Source of the DNA: an uncultured Magnetovibrio sp.
GTDB lineage: Bacteria; Pseudomonadota; Alphaproteobacteria; Rhodospirillales; Casp-alpha2
NCBI GenBank assembly: GCA_964595005.1
Contig: CAZQPC010000001.1
Span: 1 to 55,055, forward strand
DNA length: 55,055 bases
Direction of reading: 5' to 3'
Below the pieces are notes generated by a model. The model did no database searches and had not been told where the DNA came from. It saw only the letters and a list, made by a program, of their open reading frames with translations. Shown here in pieces: positions 54,470 through 55,055 of the stretch; the first letter of the stretch is position 1; the number at the start of each line of letters is the position of its first letter. The translations under genes were made by a program, and so were the position numbers.

Positions 54470-55015
54470 TCATTCCGTCCGCCTCATGGGGCCGCGCGGC
54501 CGGCCGGCAAACCACAGGAAGATAATGAACAGAACCAATAAGGGGCCCATATAGGCGGCCGTCGTCGCAAGGGAGGCGGGCCCGGGTTTCGCGGTGACCG
54601 TTCGGGCGGCGGGCGGCGTCACGGCGCCACTTGGTTTCGCCACAAGGGGTTTCACCGCAGGTTGGGGTGTTGGCAAGGCCTTTGGCTTTGCCACCGGTTT
54701 CATCGCCGGCGTTGAACGGACTGCGGGCCGGGGCGCGGCGATCACCGGACGCGGCGGCGGTAGGACGGCGGGCATATAGGCCGCGCCGCCGTGGCGGCTG
54801 GTATCGAGGCTAGGTAAGGGGACCGCTCCGCCGTAGGCGCGTCCCGCCGACGCATGCATCAACGCCGCCGGCCGCGGACCGGGCCCGCCGATCGCACCGG
54901 CACCGGCCGGCCGCGGCCACGCCCAGCCCTGCGGCAGATTGGTTGGCACCGGGGCACTGGTCAGCGGTTGGCTGACGGGCCGGGCCAATTCCGTGTCCGT
55001 GACGACTAATACCAA
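54470..55015 (-). CDS. proline-rich protein with C-terminal TM anchor (hypothetical)
   Basis: TTG start only. A Pro/Ala-rich region with PAVKP/PVAKPK-type repeats is followed by GPLLVLFIIFLWFAG. Low-complexity sequence, so the coding status is less certain. Confidence 0.4.
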   Translation of the reverse strand: MVLVVTDTELARPVSQPLTSAPVPTNLPQGWAWPRPAGAGAIGGPGPRPAALMHASAGRAYGGAVPLPSLDTSRHGGAAYMPAVLPPPRPVIAAPRPAVRSTPAMKPVAKPKALPTPQPAVKPLVAKPSGAVTPPAARTVTAKPGPASLATTAAYMGPLLVLFIIFLWFAGRPRGPMRRTE

Positions 55016-55055
55016 GTTGCACTAATAATGACCCATAGAGACGGTTTTCCAGGGT

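Noticed and set aside
54306-54515. 69-aa minus-strand ORF in the gap between the proline-rich ORF and the FliG-C-like gene.
   Set aside because: It overlaps the 3' end of the upstream ORF and has no RBS or recognisable motif. The gap is more plausibly a promoter region.
44592-55015. Prophage, integrative element or known defence-system signature for the accessory-like block.
   Set aside because: I recognised no integrase, recombinase, tRNA attachment site, phage structural gene, or hallmark nuclease, helicase, methylase or TIR/SIR2 domain. A mobile or defence label cannot be supported from sequence inspection alone.

Overview
Densely coding, high-GC proteobacterial-type chromosomal segment, probably alphaproteobacterial (inferred from gene content only). 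I call about 55 CDS and saw no rRNA, tRNA or CRISPR array. All calls rest on motifs I recognise by eye in the supplied translations; no homology search was possible. Several ORF-track starts are TTG/GTG extensions, and I re-set them from the nucleotides. Blocks: (1) 0.1-12.1 kb: DUF3179, two small zinc deaminases (one with a Tat signal), DUF983 and two DMT permeases. They lie downstream of a late cobalamin operon (cobS-cobC-cobU-cobW-cobN) joined by 4-nt start/stop overlaps, with cobT divergent. (2) 12.1-15.6 kb: two tandem paralogous proteins that look like doubly degenerate GGDEF-EAL modules, divergent from a PPP-type phosphatase. (3) 15.7-23.3 kb: sugar-nucleotide genes (UDP-xylose synthase, AsnB-like amidotransferase, fused ADH/GFO oxidoreductase, gmhA, hldE) and an ICMT-like methyltransferase. 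(4) 23.4-27.7 kb: DUF1203, an orphan receiver, PBP1A, an AT-rich gap with a possible IS6-like remnant, and RpiR. (5) 28.3-35.4 kb: thioesterase-iorAB convergent with dctPQM. (6) 35.6-44.5 kb: MetE-like, IclR, TAXI-TRAP, cytoplasmic Cys-type sulfatase, GFO oxidoreductase, pobA. (7) 44.6-55.0 kb: an accessory-like block with two tandem Hanks kinases, several orphan membrane or soluble proteins, and a five-gene operon (FliG-C-like protein, ADP-ribosylglycohydrolase, two unknowns, FCP1/NIF-like HAD phosphatase). My best candidates for an undescribed system are block 7 and the degenerate GGDEF-EAL pair. Both are hypotheses.
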